From: an uncultured virus (IMG/VR IMGVR_UViG_2061766007_000680)
Lineage: Duplodnaviria; Heunggongvirae; Uroviricota; Caudoviricetes
DNA length: 64,000 nucleotides
Strand: one strand, 5' to 3'
Virus record (IMG/VR): IMGVR_UViG_2061766007_000680
Shown: piece by piece, positions 1-9,728 of the stretch
Position numbering within the stretch: position 1 is the stretch's first letter
Layout of the letters: each line of letters opens with the position of its first letter
Notes under the pieces: model-generated
What the model was told of the DNA's origin: nothing
Seen by the model: the letters and a program-made list of their open reading frames with translations, nothing else
Database searches by the model: none
Position numbers and translations under genes: made by a program

Positions 1-180
1 AGAGAAAAAGAAATAACAGAATTAATTACCGAAGAATTAAAAAAATCGGACGTTATTAATATTATTAAAAATGATAAAGAGTTTGAAAATCGAGTTAAAG
101 ATATAGTTCGCTCAATAGTCAAAGATATGTATAGAATATTATATCAGCATAACGATATATTCAAAGCATTAGGTAAATAA
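1..180 (+). CDS. 3' end of hypothetical protein (truncated by window start)
   Basis: Open frame from base 1 to TAA at 178-180, overlapping the ATG of the next gene. Confidence 0.7.
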   Translation, partial: REKEITELITEELKKSDVINIIKNDKEFENRVKDIVRSIVKDMYRILYQHNDIFKALGK

Positions 181-1067
181 TGGACAATACGCAAGAGGTT
201 ACATATTATAGATTTTTATCCGAAATCAAAGCATTTTTAGGCAAATTATTAGCAAATCCAATTAAGGCTGAACCAAGCAAGTATTTGAAAGACCTTGGTT
301 TCACAAGGGGCAGAATAATTAACTTATTAATGAAAAGAGACATACTAGAACGCAATGAGAAAATTCTTACACCAGATAAGACTGGGGCTAAAAAAGTAAA
401 ATATAGTGTTACTTTTAAGGTTAAAAAGAAAAATTTCGAGCGTATCATGCGTCGTATTTATACAAGATATTTTGAAAAGAACCTTCCACAGCAAGAAGAA
501 TTGAATGAAAATAAATCATTCTTCACAAATGAGAAACAAATGAAAGAGGATATATTAAAGAACGAACAAGATCGCGAAGCATATATAAAAAGAGGCGGTA
601 TAAAAGACATCGATGAGTGTGAAGTCGTTGCTGGCGATATAGCGGGTGCAACATCTTGTACGTCAAGTGGACAATATGTTAAACCGTTCAGTGGCTATCT
701 ATTAACAAGACAACAATTAGCACAAACAAGAAAAAAAGATAATGACTATGTAGAACCTACTAAAATATTAGGTAAAAATATATCAGAAAATAAAAAAAAT
801 ACAATTATGGCAAGAAAAATCTATTTAACTGAAGAACAATTTAATTATATTTTAAAAGAAGAAGCAATTGCGGCTGGCGCAACTTCAACATCTAGTGTTG
901 GTGCAGAAACAACGCGTGGAGATATGGGTTATGATGTTCCAGCATTTGGAAAAAGCAAAAACTCATTAAAAAATAAGAAGGAAAATGGTACAGATTCTGA
1001 TTTTTTCAAATCAGCAATGGAAAGAAAACCAGGTTTTAGTTGCAAGACAATAGGTGATGGAAAGTAA
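180..1067 (+). CDS. hypothetical phage protein, possibly virion-associated
   Basis: 295 aa ORF containing a KIYLTEEQFNYILKE motif of a type common in jumbo-phage proteins. Confidence 0.6.
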   Translation: MDNTQEVTYYRFLSEIKAFLGKLLANPIKAEPSKYLKDLGFTRGRIINLLMKRDILERNEKILTPDKTGAKKVKYSVTFKVKKKNFERIMRRIYTRYFEKNLPQQEELNENKSFFTNEKQMKEDILKNEQDREAYIKRGGIKDIDECEVVAGDIAGATSCTSSGQYVKPFSGYLLTRQQLAQTRKKDNDYVEPTKILGKNISENKKNTIMARKIYLTEEQFNYILKEEAIAAGATSTSSVGAETTRGDMGYDVPAFGKSKNSLKNKKENGTDSDFFKSAMERKPGFSCKTIGDGK

Positions 1068-1282
1068 CGAATGTTTAATTAGCGACATATACGGAGACGT
1101 TGATATATGTACAAAAGAGAAAGCAGACCGTATGAAAATACTAAAAAAAATTGAAAGCGACATATTTTCACAGTATACCATGAATTTTAGTAAAAAATTT
1201 AATACATGGTGGTAACTTTTGGCACTAAAAAACTATTTATTATAAAGAATGAAAATAAATTAAAATAAAAACAAAAAATAAA

Positions 1283-2107
1283 ATGTATAGTGTATCTGTT
1301 AAGGAGTTAAAAAGAATTATCGCGGAGAGTTCAACAGAATTTAAAGCCAAGATAGGCCCTAATGTTGAAGCAGATAATAAAAAAAACAACGAAAAGTCCT
1401 ACAAAGATTCAGAAAAGCGTGCTAAGGATTATGATGGTGGTTTAGCAAAAAAAGAAAAGAAGGAACTCCAACCAAAGGAGGACTACAATCGTACTACATT
1501 AGATTATAATCCAATCGTAGAACCAGATAAGGATACAAAAGAACGTATCCAAGCGCAGGCCGAGGGTTATACCTCTAAATTAGAGAAGGATAATGGCATT
1601 GAAAAAGTTGGTGATTTTGATGGAAATAAGGCAATTGCAAAGCAATTCAAAGATCAGGCTGAAAAAATCGCTGACGAAAAGGCCGAAATGGCTCATACTG
1701 GCCTACAAGCAAGAATGAGAGATAAAGATGATTTTAAGAAGCCTAATTTATGTGAAAGTAAACCAGGTGCTAAACGTCTTAGATTTAAACACACAAGATT
1801 TTTAAATGAAAACCAAGTTTTAACAAGAATTCCAGAACAATATAAAGTTAATGGACAAGTTATATATATGTGTGATAAGGCCGATAATGAATATATTGTC
1901 GAGTGTGTTATGAGTGAAAAATCTGGCATCATTGAAACAAATATCATTTCTCATACAAACAAAACTGAAATGAACGAGCAAATGAATCGTATTCAAGAAT
2001 TAATGGGATTTAAAACAAATACAAACGACAGATATAATCAAATAAATGAAAATAAAGAATTTGGTGATATCTTAAATACTGCAAGAAAGAAAATAATTAA
2101 AGATTAA
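1283..2107 (+). CDS. hypothetical phage protein
   Basis: 274 aa ORF preceded by a TATTTAT motif near 1235. Confidence 0.7.
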   Translation: MYSVSVKELKRIIAESSTEFKAKIGPNVEADNKKNNEKSYKDSEKRAKDYDGGLAKKEKKELQPKEDYNRTTLDYNPIVEPDKDTKERIQAQAEGYTSKLEKDNGIEKVGDFDGNKAIAKQFKDQAEKIADEKAEMAHTGLQARMRDKDDFKKPNLCESKPGAKRLRFKHTRFLNENQVLTRIPEQYKVNGQVIYMCDKADNEYIVECVMSEKSGIIETNIISHTNKTEMNEQMNRIQELMGFKTNTNDRYNQINENKEFGDILNTARKKIIKD

Positions 2108-2122
2108 TTATCTACATATAAA

Positions 2123-2836
2123 ATGGCAAAGAGCAGTATTGATAACATTGGCGGCACTTCAGTAATTGCTTCCATAGTAAATAAGTTTGGTGATAAAATA
2201 TGGTTCCAGATCATAATTGGATTTTGGCTTATTATTGGGCCAATTTTATTTGTTGCAAATCCATTTATTAACAACTATTTAAACAAGCAAACTAGTGAAA
2301 AAGAAACTGCATCTAAAATTGAATTACATAAAACTGCATTTGAAAATAGTAAACAAGCATATGCAGTTGTTAAGAAAACAATGAACAATCATTTACCAAA
2401 AATTGGTTGTGATTATATGTTTCTTATAGAATATCATAACGGAAATGAAAATGTTATGACTGGAATTCAGTTCTGTAGATTTGATATGACAATACAAGTA
2501 AGTTCTTTAGATTTATCATATATCCCAATTGATAAATTTAAAGACGATATTGTTGCAAGATATGATATATTATTATCAAATGAGTTAAATGATAATAAAC
2601 TATTATACTATACTGCTAATGACTTTGAAAAAGCAGATAGGTATTTGGCAAAACAATTAGCAACTATTGGGGCAAAATCATATGCGATAGTAAATTTATG
2701 CGATAGAGACAATAAAGTATTTGGGTCATTATTATGTATTTCACAGTCAGAAGATACTAAAGACATGAATATGTCAGAAATACTTTTATGTGCAATGGAA
2801 ATTGAAACAATTTTTAATTCTGCACTAAATAAATAA
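2123..2836 (+). CDS. membrane-anchored protein with soluble C-terminal domain (possibly T4 gpT-like holin)
   Basis: Single N-terminal TM helix (IWFQIIIGFWLIIGPILFV) then a GAF-like domain with EYHNG; holin call is inference. Confidence 0.4.
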   Translation: MAKSSIDNIGGTSVIASIVNKFGDKIWFQIIIGFWLIIGPILFVANPFINNYLNKQTSEKETASKIELHKTAFENSKQAYAVVKKTMNNHLPKIGCDYMFLIEYHNGNENVMTGIQFCRFDMTIQVSSLDLSYIPIDKFKDDIVARYDILLSNELNDNKLLYYTANDFEKADRYLAKQLATIGAKSYAIVNLCDRDNKVFGSLLCISQSEDTKDMNMSEILLCAMEIETIFNSALNK

Positions 2837-2852
2837 AATATAAGATTATAAT

Positions 2853-2882
2853 AAAAAAGTGGCTAGATTGCCACTTTTTTTT
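2853..2882. terminator. bidirectional intrinsic terminator
   Basis: AAAAAAGTGGC-TAGATT-GCCACTTTTTT between convergent genes. Confidence 0.8.
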
Positions 2883-3357
2883 ATTTTATTTTTGAAAGAG
2901 TATCTATTGTAACAACCCATTCATCTCGCCAGTTTAAATAATATCCTCTTAACTTTTGTAGTGTATTAACTACATCCTCTGTTAGGGCAAGTCCATCAAC
3001 AAATATATAAGGTGAACTAGTTATGTCGTTTAAACTAAATTGAAATTTTAAATCTGATAGAGATGGTATTGAACCTGTAAATACAAGGTTGCCTGTTTTT
3101 GGAAAGAAAACCAATGGATTACTTTGTGCATCTTCGGTATTAACGTTAGCAAATTTTGCTCCCCCATTAACTGTTTGTTTAAAGTTATCAATTTGATTAG
3201 ACAATACGTGGTCACCAAATTTAGGGTCATCAGTTATTGCAATAGCATCTCTTTTTTCTTCCTCTTCAGCCTCTCTTAGGAGAACCCTTTTATTCATTTC
3301 TTTAATTTTATTGATAAAATTTTTATCAAAATCATATCCTTTATTTCTGTTGTTCAT
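2881..3357 (-). CDS. hypothetical protein
   Basis: 158 aa ORF in the minus-strand gene run. Confidence 0.7.
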   Translation of the reverse strand: MNNRNKGYDFDKNFINKIKEMNKRVLLREAEEEEKRDAIAITDDPKFGDHVLSNQIDNFKQTVNGGAKFANVNTEDAQSNPLVFFPKTGNLVFTGSIPSLSDLKFQFSLNDITSSPYIFVDGLALTEDVVNTLQKLRGYYLNWRDEWVVTIDTLSKIK

Positions 3358-3389
3358 CTTAATACATTTATTTGTAACACAGTTATTAA

Positions 3390-3929
3390 TTAATAGTCAT
3401 ACCAACCATCTGAAACACCATTCCATGTATTTCTTACTGGCTTATATACGTTTTCCTCTTGTTTTTTGATTTGTTCTTGTAATTTTTCAGTTATCTCTTC
3501 AACCTTTTTCAATTCTTCCTTTAGTGTATCTTCTGGATTTTCGGAGGCCATAATATTGTCTAGATTTTTAGTTGCTTCAGTAAACTCTGTAATAACCTGT
3601 TGTGGGTCTAAATTCTCGCCATCTTGTGGGCCTAAATCCTCGTCATCTTTATCACCTGTCCATTCTGGCTCTTCTGACCCATAAAATTCAGGATCATCAT
3701 ATGGAGTGTCATCTATAATAGTAGGTTCAGGATCAGTTTCAGTAGGTTCTATAACTTGTTCTTCTTGAATTAAGGTATCATCTTGTATTTTATTTCCTTC
3801 ATTGTTAATGTTTTCAATGATACTCTCTGTAACTGATACAACTCCTTCTACTTCTTTATCAGTAGTCTTTACCTTGCTAACTCTTTTAGTTGCTGGTTTT
3901 CTTGGGTTTTTTACTTCTTTCTTTGCCAT
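3390..3929 (-). CDS. acidic low-complexity hypothetical protein
   Basis: Likely start MAKKEV at 3929, downstream of a TATTTAT motif; D/E-rich. Confidence 0.65.
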   Translation of the reverse strand: MAKKEVKNPRKPATKRVSKVKTTDKEVEGVVSVTESIIENINNEGNKIQDDTLIQEEQVIEPTETDPEPTIIDDTPYDDPEFYGSEEPEWTGDKDDEDLGPQDGENLDPQQVITEFTEATKNLDNIMASENPEDTLKEELKKVEEITEKLQEQIKKQEENVYKPVRNTWNGVSDGWYDY

Positions 3930-3970
3930 AATTTTATAATATAAATACTTTTTATTTTTTATTTTAACCA

Positions 3971-4699
3971 TTATTTAGTTAAAAAATTATAATTTATTAA
4001 CATTGCTTGACTTCTTAATTTAGTTTTTATTTTTTCTAATATTTGTCGTACTCGTTCTTTTGTTAACTTAAAGTTTTTGGCTATTTCATCCAAAGTGTGT
4101 TCATTTTCATATGGATATCTTCCATATCTCATATTAATAATATCAATTTCCCTGTTGTCTAGGGTTGAATATAATTGACTTATCATATAATGCATATCAT
4201 TTATTTCATCCTGTTTAGACTCTTCCACAAAAGCAGAGTTATCATAATCACTAATTAAATTATACTCCTGCACATATTCTATATTATCATCTAACATTTG
4301 TGGTTCATGCTCAGTTGGTAATTCATCCTCTAATAAAGCCTCATTATTTTCTGTTAATTTAATTAAATACTGATTTATCCACCATTTAGCATATGATATT
4401 AATTTAACATCCTTAGTTATATCAAATTTTTCTATTGCATATAACAATGCATCGTTTGCCTCTGATATAAGATTGGAAAACGGGACGCCTCTATTTCTAT
4501 AGTTATTAGCAATTTTACAAGCGTACTTTAAATTACTAGTCATTAATTTGTTTCTAGCAGTAATATCATTTTTCTCTCTATATGCTTTTATTAAATTATG
4601 TTCTTCTTCTTTTTTTAGTGACGTATATTTTTTAATATCTTTCATATACGATTTTACACATTCATCAATATCATAGTTATTTACTTTAAAATTACTCAT
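3971..4699 (-). CDS. sigma70-family RNA polymerase sigma factor
   Basis: Region 2 (ARNKLMTSNLKYACKIANNY, AIEKFD, ISYAKWWI) and region 4 HTH (TLDEIAKNFKLTKERVRQI). Confidence 0.9.
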   Translation of the reverse strand: MSNFKVNNYDIDECVKSYMKDIKKYTSLKKEEEHNLIKAYREKNDITARNKLMTSNLKYACKIANNYRNRGVPFSNLISEANDALLYAIEKFDITKDVKLISYAKWWINQYLIKLTENNEALLEDELPTEHEPQMLDDNIEYVQEYNLISDYDNSAFVEESKQDEINDMHYMISQLYSTLDNREIDIINMRYGRYPYENEHTLDEIAKNFKLTKERVRQILEKIKTKLRSQAMLINYNFLTK

Positions 4700-4702
4700 T
4701 AA

Positions 4703-7093
4703 TTAACATGCCTTTATACTAGATATATTATTTTTCTTAGTAACCGTAATAGTTTTATTGTGCCAGTCAGCAATTGATTTTAGATGACAAATTTGTAGAA
4801 CGACTCCCTGCTGTAAAACTATTTTGTCGTAAAGTTTCTTCACTGCATCATAATTCTCCTCGGCTACACCACCAAGAATTTCATCAAACACAACAAACGA
4901 AGGTTTGCTAAATGTAGATATCTTACTTAATACACTTCTAAGTGCTAAAGATGCCACTGTCTGTTCAAATCCAGAGCCAGATGACAAGTTTGACTTAACA
5001 CCATCGTGAATAAGATAGAATGCAACATCATTATGGTTGTCAATTGCTACCTCAACGTCAAAGTCACAAACGTCTGATAATAAATGTTTTAACTCACCAT
5101 TAATAAGCGGGAGAACAGTTCTTAAAACGAGTTTTGAGATGCCATTTTTTCCGATCAAATCAAGATACAACTTCCAAGACTTAACCGTCTTCTCTTCTTC
5201 CTCAATCTTATCAATAATTTTTTTATTGTCGTCGATTGTCTTATTATTTAATTTAATGGCAGCATTATTTGCCTCTATTTGACTCTTTAAATCATCATTG
5301 TACTTTTGCTCAGTATCTATATTAGCTTTTAGTGTATTAAGGGAAGTATCAATTTTATTGTTATTCTCAATAGCAGCCTTATTAGTACTAATATCATCTA
5401 AGATACGCTTGTTTTCTTTGTGTCTAGCAAGCAAATTTTCAATATCTACTTCTATTTTAGATATAAGTATCTCTAACTGTAACTTTTTATTGTATTTTTC
5501 CCTGTCTGTATCCATTTTCGCTATTTCAGCGATAGTTTCATCTAGTTTTTTCTTTAAAGAGAGACCTTCAGTAGTCAAATTTTCTAAAACCTTTGTCTTC
5601 TCAGCGATTAATTTGGAGTTATCTACATTAGCCAATTTTGCGCCACATGTAGGACAATATTCACCCTTCTTTAATCCTTCAATGTCGCTAGATATCTGTT
5701 TATAGTTTCCTCTACATTCGGTAACTTTAATAGTTAACTCCTCTCTTTTTGCAACAAGTGTATCATAGGCCTCTTTGTTAAAAGACACTTCTCCAATTTC
5801 AGATAATTCTTTCTCTCTAAGCCCCTTTTCTGACCTTTTTGCTTTACCTTCTTGAGTAATCGTTTCAATCGTTGCTTCAATCGTCTTAACATCAACTTTA
5901 GTTAACGATTCATCTATCTCTCGCTTTGAAGATAGAAGAGTTTCTTTTGTTTGTTGATATTCTTTTAACTTTCTTTCAGATTCCGTTCTTTTCTCAGTTA
6001 AAGTAGTTGTCTCTTTTGTTGTTTGATCGTTTATCTCATTCAGACGCTCATTTTCTACTTTCAAATCCTCTTTATTATATTTGTTTAAAAGAAGACTTGG
6101 CATAATCGTCTTATTGAATGTTTCCCTAGCAATTTTATCCTTCTCCTCTAATGGTAGAAGGCCAATCCAACGAGCAATTAGTCGACCCCTATCAGTATCC
6201 TTAAGAGAAATCAATCCCTTAAGGTTGTCAGAGTCAACACAAATCATTAAATCAAAGTCAGCCTCATTTCCAATAGCATCTTTAATTGCCTTATTGGTTT
6301 CGCGACCAGTAGCCTCTTCCTCGCAGTCCTCATTCTCTAAATCAATATACTCGTCATTAACAAGTTTATAATAATTTATTTTCTGAGACACCTTACTCTT
6401 ATCAGTCCTTTTTGCTAACGCAGGGCGAGATACGGTACGTCTGATAACGTAATCATTACCATCAATTGATATACAACCCTCAACTACACATTCAGTTGCT
6501 TCTGGAAGGTGTTTATTGAAAATTTTAGAAAGAGTCCAATCACTTTCGCGTGAAGTAACTTTACCGAATAACAAGAAACGAATAAGGTCAAGACAGAATG
6601 TAGTTTTACCACCCTGGTTAGATGGGTCTGAGGTTAATAATACGAGGCCTTTTAAATCGGTAAAATCAAAGAAGTTGTTTGGGCCGTAAGACATGAAGTT
6701 GTCCCACTTAATCCATTTTATTGCATAATGTTTATGTTGTTCATACAACTCATAGTTAATATTAGAGTTGATCAATTCGTCAATTTCTATGATTTGATCA
6801 AAATTATAGTCAGTAACTGCTTTCTCGTCTAAGTAAGTCTTAAACAATTGTTGCTGGAATTTACTGTCCTGTATGTTTTCAGTAATATCATTAGAGTATG
6901 GTATAATCTCACCGCTAATAGTTTTTGTTACAAACTGCGGTGTCACCTTAACATTATCTTTAGAGATACCATATTTTTTAGCAAACATAGAAACAATGTT
7001 TGCCTCGCTATCGTGCGAATAATCAATTGGATTAACATTCCATTTGATATTAACTTTCGCGTTCTCCCCTAATTTTACTTTTCCTTTACTCAT
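4703..7093 (-). CDS. SbcC/Rad50/T4 gp46-like recombination ATPase
   Basis: NFMSYG, Walker A SNQGGKTT, coiled coil with CPTC zinc hook, signature GSGFE, Walker B VVFDE, ICH. Confidence 0.92.
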   Translation of the reverse strand: MSKGKVKLGENAKVNIKWNVNPIDYSHDSEANIVSMFAKKYGISKDNVKVTPQFVTKTISGEIIPYSNDITENIQDSKFQQQLFKTYLDEKAVTDYNFDQIIEIDELINSNINYELYEQHKHYAIKWIKWDNFMSYGPNNFFDFTDLKGLVLLTSDPSNQGGKTTFCLDLIRFLLFGKVTSRESDWTLSKIFNKHLPEATECVVEGCISIDGNDYVIRRTVSRPALAKRTDKSKVSQKINYYKLVNDEYIDLENEDCEEEATGRETNKAIKDAIGNEADFDLMICVDSDNLKGLISLKDTDRGRLIARWIGLLPLEEKDKIARETFNKTIMPSLLLNKYNKEDLKVENERLNEINDQTTKETTTLTEKRTESERKLKEYQQTKETLLSSKREIDESLTKVDVKTIEATIETITQEGKAKRSEKGLREKELSEIGEVSFNKEAYDTLVAKREELTIKVTECRGNYKQISSDIEGLKKGEYCPTCGAKLANVDNSKLIAEKTKVLENLTTEGLSLKKKLDETIAEIAKMDTDREKYNKKLQLEILISKIEVDIENLLARHKENKRILDDISTNKAAIENNNKIDTSLNTLKANIDTEQKYNDDLKSQIEANNAAIKLNNKTIDDNKKIIDKIEEEEKTVKSWKLYLDLIGKNGISKLVLRTVLPLINGELKHLLSDVCDFDVEVAIDNHNDVAFYLIHDGVKSNLSSGSGFEQTVASLALRSVLSKISTFSKPSFVVFDEILGGVAEENYDAVKKLYDKIVLQQGVVLQICHLKSIADWHNKTITVTKKNNISSIKAC

Positions 7094-7410
7094 TTTATAT
7101 AATCTTTTACTCTTCTCAATAAATCTTTCAATACCTCTTCTAATGTTGCCCCCATACTAATAGAATATTCTTTCCATTTAGTCTCTCGCCTACCATATAT
7201 ATCTACAGGCCCATCTCCCGTTACAACAACTTCTGTCGGAAAATCTAATGGATATTTTTCAGATGTGTTTGTACATCTTCCATATTGAGCCGTATATTTT
7301 AAAAAATCATATTCAGGATCTTTATTTTTTATGATGCTTAATCTATATTGTTCTCCATCAACCGTAATTTCAGATGGTAGTTGCTCTAATAATTCTTCTC
7401 CTACACTCAT
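7090..7410 (-). CDS. hypothetical protein
   Basis: 106 aa ORF overlapping the SbcC-like start. Confidence 0.65.
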   Translation of the reverse strand: MSVGEELLEQLPSEITVDGEQYRLSIIKNKDPEYDFLKYTAQYGRCTNTSEKYPLDFPTEVVVTGDGPVDIYGRRETKWKEYSISMGATLEEVLKDLLRRVKDYIK

Positions 7411-7411
7411 T

Positions 7412-7801
7412 TTATTTTAGTTTGTGTTTTTTAGGTTTTTTCTCTATTACTGGCGTTTTGTCTGATAGTTCATCGTTGAACACGCCGTCTTTAAGTACTT
7501 TATTTAATTCGACTTTTTTATAATCGAAATCTTCTTCAATTTCAACCTTTTCTAGCTCTTCAGGTTTTTTATTTTCTACCACTTCTACTACAATGCCTCC
7601 ATCAACAACTTCAGTCTCTTCTTTTTTTACTTCAACTGATTCTTTTTGCTGTATACTAGGTTTTTCGCCATATTTTTCAACCATAAACGACTTTTTGAGT
7701 AAATCATTGATATATTTAACGGTCTCCCCTAAGTCATTTAATTTACAGTAAGAATCAATATCTTTATATAATTTATCATTTATTGTTATTGTCATGTTCA
7801 A
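7412..7801 (-). CDS. hypothetical protein (possible N-terminal ribbon-helix-helix)
   Basis: MTITINDKLYKDIDSYCK N-terminus. Confidence 0.55.
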   Translation of the reverse strand: MNMTITINDKLYKDIDSYCKLNDLGETVKYINDLLKKSFMVEKYGEKPSIQQKESVEVKKEETEVVDGGIVVEVVENKKPEELEKVEIEEDFDYKKVELNKVLKDGVFNDELSDKTPVIEKKPKKHKLK

Positions 7802-8144
7802 GCCTCTTTTTTTTTTCCAAATATACTTTTACGTAATCTGGCATAATATTAAGTTCTGCAAATAGATAATCTTGATAATTATCAGCCCAACAAGTAGTAT
7901 ATCTACATGTATCTTTATATTCTGGTTTCCATATATAAACATTCCAGTAATGTCTTGTTATTTTATATGTAGTTCCATCAATGGTAACGGTGGAATCTTT
8001 ATAGTTCGGGTCACACGTTACTAATCGGCCTTGTTCGTCATATTCATCAAACCACCCCATGAGCGTGCTCATCCCTCCACGACCAATAAATGTTCCATTA
8101 GTTGCTACTCTAATAGCATTGATTATTTTTTCTTTATTTTCCAT
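7776..8144 (-). CDS. hypothetical protein
   Basis: Likely start MENKEK at 8144. Confidence 0.6.
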   Translation of the reverse strand: MENKEKIINAIRVATNGTFIGRGGMSTLMGWFDEYDEQGRLVTCDPNYKDSTVTIDGTTYKITRHYWNVYIWKPEYKDTCRYTTCWADNYQDYLFAELNIMPDYVKVYLEKKKRLEHDNNNK

Positions 8145-8236
8145 AATAAAATTAGTTATCCTAATTAAATATACAAAAAAAATATTTACTTTTTCTTTAC
8201 ACACATTATTTTTTTACTATAAAAACATTTAATATT

Positions 8237-9064
8237 ATGTCTAGAAAAAAAGAAGAGAAAGTTGAAGAAAAGATTTACCCAAGTCTTGTATTAGGATTAG
8301 ATATTAGTACGGCTTGTATCGGTGTATCTATTGTTTATGATGACGGTGTGAAAGAACCTGAGATTGTAAAGATTACTCATGTTGTGCCGAAATTACCTTC
8401 TAAAATTAAAGGTATTGAGGCATTAATATTGAGGAAAAAGATTTTTGAGGAAGATTTCCTTACAACAATAAAGGATATGGGTATTACAGAATGTGTTATT
8501 GAGGCCCCACTTAATTATGCTATGGGTAACTCAAATGCGCAGACAGTAACTCAATTAGTACAATTCAATGGATTACTATCTGAGGCTGTTTATCGCGTAT
8601 TAGGCATTGTGCCAACGTATATGTCAAGTTATGAGGCAAGAATGTTGTCGTTCCCAGAATTACTATCTATCCGTAAATTTAACAAGAAAGGAGTAGTCTA
8701 TCCACTATCTCATGTTAAAAAAGCAATTGCTGAAAATCATCTAGTATTATTTGGCGATTTCCCATTTGATTGTGACAAAAAGGAAATTATGATGAATTGC
8801 GTCCGCGAGAAATATCCCGAAATTAGTTGGGTTTATGATAACAATGGAAAATTAAAGAAAGAGAATTTTGATGCATGTGACTCATTGGTCTGCGCATTAG
8901 CATATATCAACACAAAAAAGTATGGTGAAATGAAACCAGAAATAGTTGATTGTGATATCGAGAAAGTTGATAGCGCGGACAGTGGAAGTGGAACACTTAT
9001 TAAATATTCTATGAATGTGTGGGATAAAAAATATCAAAAACAGATTTTTCTTGACACTCAATAA
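8237..9064 (+). CDS. RuvC-like Holliday junction resolvase
   Basis: VLGLDISTACIG, CVIEAP and FDACDSL acidic motifs of the RNase H/RuvC fold. Confidence 0.75.
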   Translation: MSRKKEEKVEEKIYPSLVLGLDISTACIGVSIVYDDGVKEPEIVKITHVVPKLPSKIKGIEALILRKKIFEEDFLTTIKDMGITECVIEAPLNYAMGNSNAQTVTQLVQFNGLLSEAVYRVLGIVPTYMSSYEARMLSFPELLSIRKFNKKGVVYPLSHVKKAIAENHLVLFGDFPFDCDKKEIMMNCVREKYPEISWVYDNNGKLKKENFDACDSLVCALAYINTKKYGEMKPEIVDCDIEKVDSADSGSGTLIKYSMNVWDKKYQKQIFLDTQ

Positions 9065-9115
9065 TGATATTTTACTTGTATAAATCTATTTATTGTATAA
9101 AATAGATATACGAAT

Positions 9116-9373
9116 ATGGCAAAATGTAATAACACATTAGAGTTTGATAAACAAATAAAATTCACAGGTAAGGCATATCTCGATCCAAAGTTAATGCCTG
9201 TTCAAACAAAGGCAGACTTATTAGAGATAACAATGGCAACAGACGCTTTTGAGGGTATGGAATTAGTAGTGCTGTCAGATGAAGATTATGATGGCGCAAT
9301 GACAAAATATAGATTCAATGGTGAGAAATGGGTTATTGTGTCACCAATTATTACTGGAGATGATGTTGAATAA
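9116..9373 (+). CDS. hypothetical protein
   Basis: 85 aa ORF after a TATTTAT motif. Confidence 0.6.
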   Translation: MAKCNNTLEFDKQIKFTGKAYLDPKLMPVQTKADLLEITMATDAFEGMELVVLSDEDYDGAMTKYRFNGEKWVIVSPIITGDDVE

Positions 9374-9394
9374 ATTGTTTATCATTAAAATTAG

Positions 9395-9422
9395 AATAGG
9401 CGGGAATACCCGCCTATTTTTT
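9395..9422. terminator. intrinsic terminator hairpin
   Basis: AATAGGCGGG-AATA-CCCGCCTATT followed by a T run. Confidence 0.85.
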
Positions 9423-9424
9423 AT

Positions 9425-9491
9425 TTCAGAAGTCGTAAGAACTCATTATTAAAAGTAATGTCCTAAAAGTTGTTTGCTGTTAGACTTCCAT
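9425..9491 (-). ncRNA. ACAGCAAA-motif small RNA unit D
   Basis: Minus strand ATGGAAGTC-TAACAGCAAAC...GACTTCTGAA; 7-bp terminal stem GGAAGTC/GACTTCT. Confidence 0.7.
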
Positions 9492-9497
9492 TATGTA

Positions 9498-9563
9498 TTC
9501 AAGAGACCTTTAACGTGTTGAAACCCTAATTCAATGTTATTTTGTTTGCTGTACGTCTCTCAT
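9498..9563 (-). ncRNA. ACAGCAAA-motif small RNA unit C
   Basis: Minus strand ATGAGAGAC-GTACAGCAAAC...GTCTCTTGAA; stem GAGAGAC/GTCTCTT. Confidence 0.7.
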
Positions 9564-9576
9564 TATAATTTTCTGT

Positions 9577-9653
9577 TTCAGAAGACATTGTTGAGTTTTC
9601 TTTTCTCCATTAATTATTTAATTATTAAAAGAGTTTTGCTGTACGCCTTCCAT
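9577..9653 (-). ncRNA. ACAGCAAA-motif small RNA unit B
   Basis: Minus strand ATGGAAGGC-GTACAGCAAAA...GTCTTCTGAA; stem GGAAGGC/GTCTTCT. Confidence 0.7.
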
Positions 9654-9728
9654 ATTTTGACGGCACCTAAAAGAACTCATAAACAAATTTTAGTTGAGAG
9701 AAAACTCCACCGTCCATTCTATAAATAC

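Noticed and set aside
5037..7072. Plus-strand ORFs antisense to the SbcC-like gene (and similar shadow ORFs elsewhere)
   Set aside because: Shadow frames of a well-supported gene on the opposite strand
9425..9653. Three tandem units as a mini-CRISPR array
   Set aside because: The conserved parts vary in sequence while keeping base pairing around each variable segment, which fits end-paired RNAs rather than identical direct repeats
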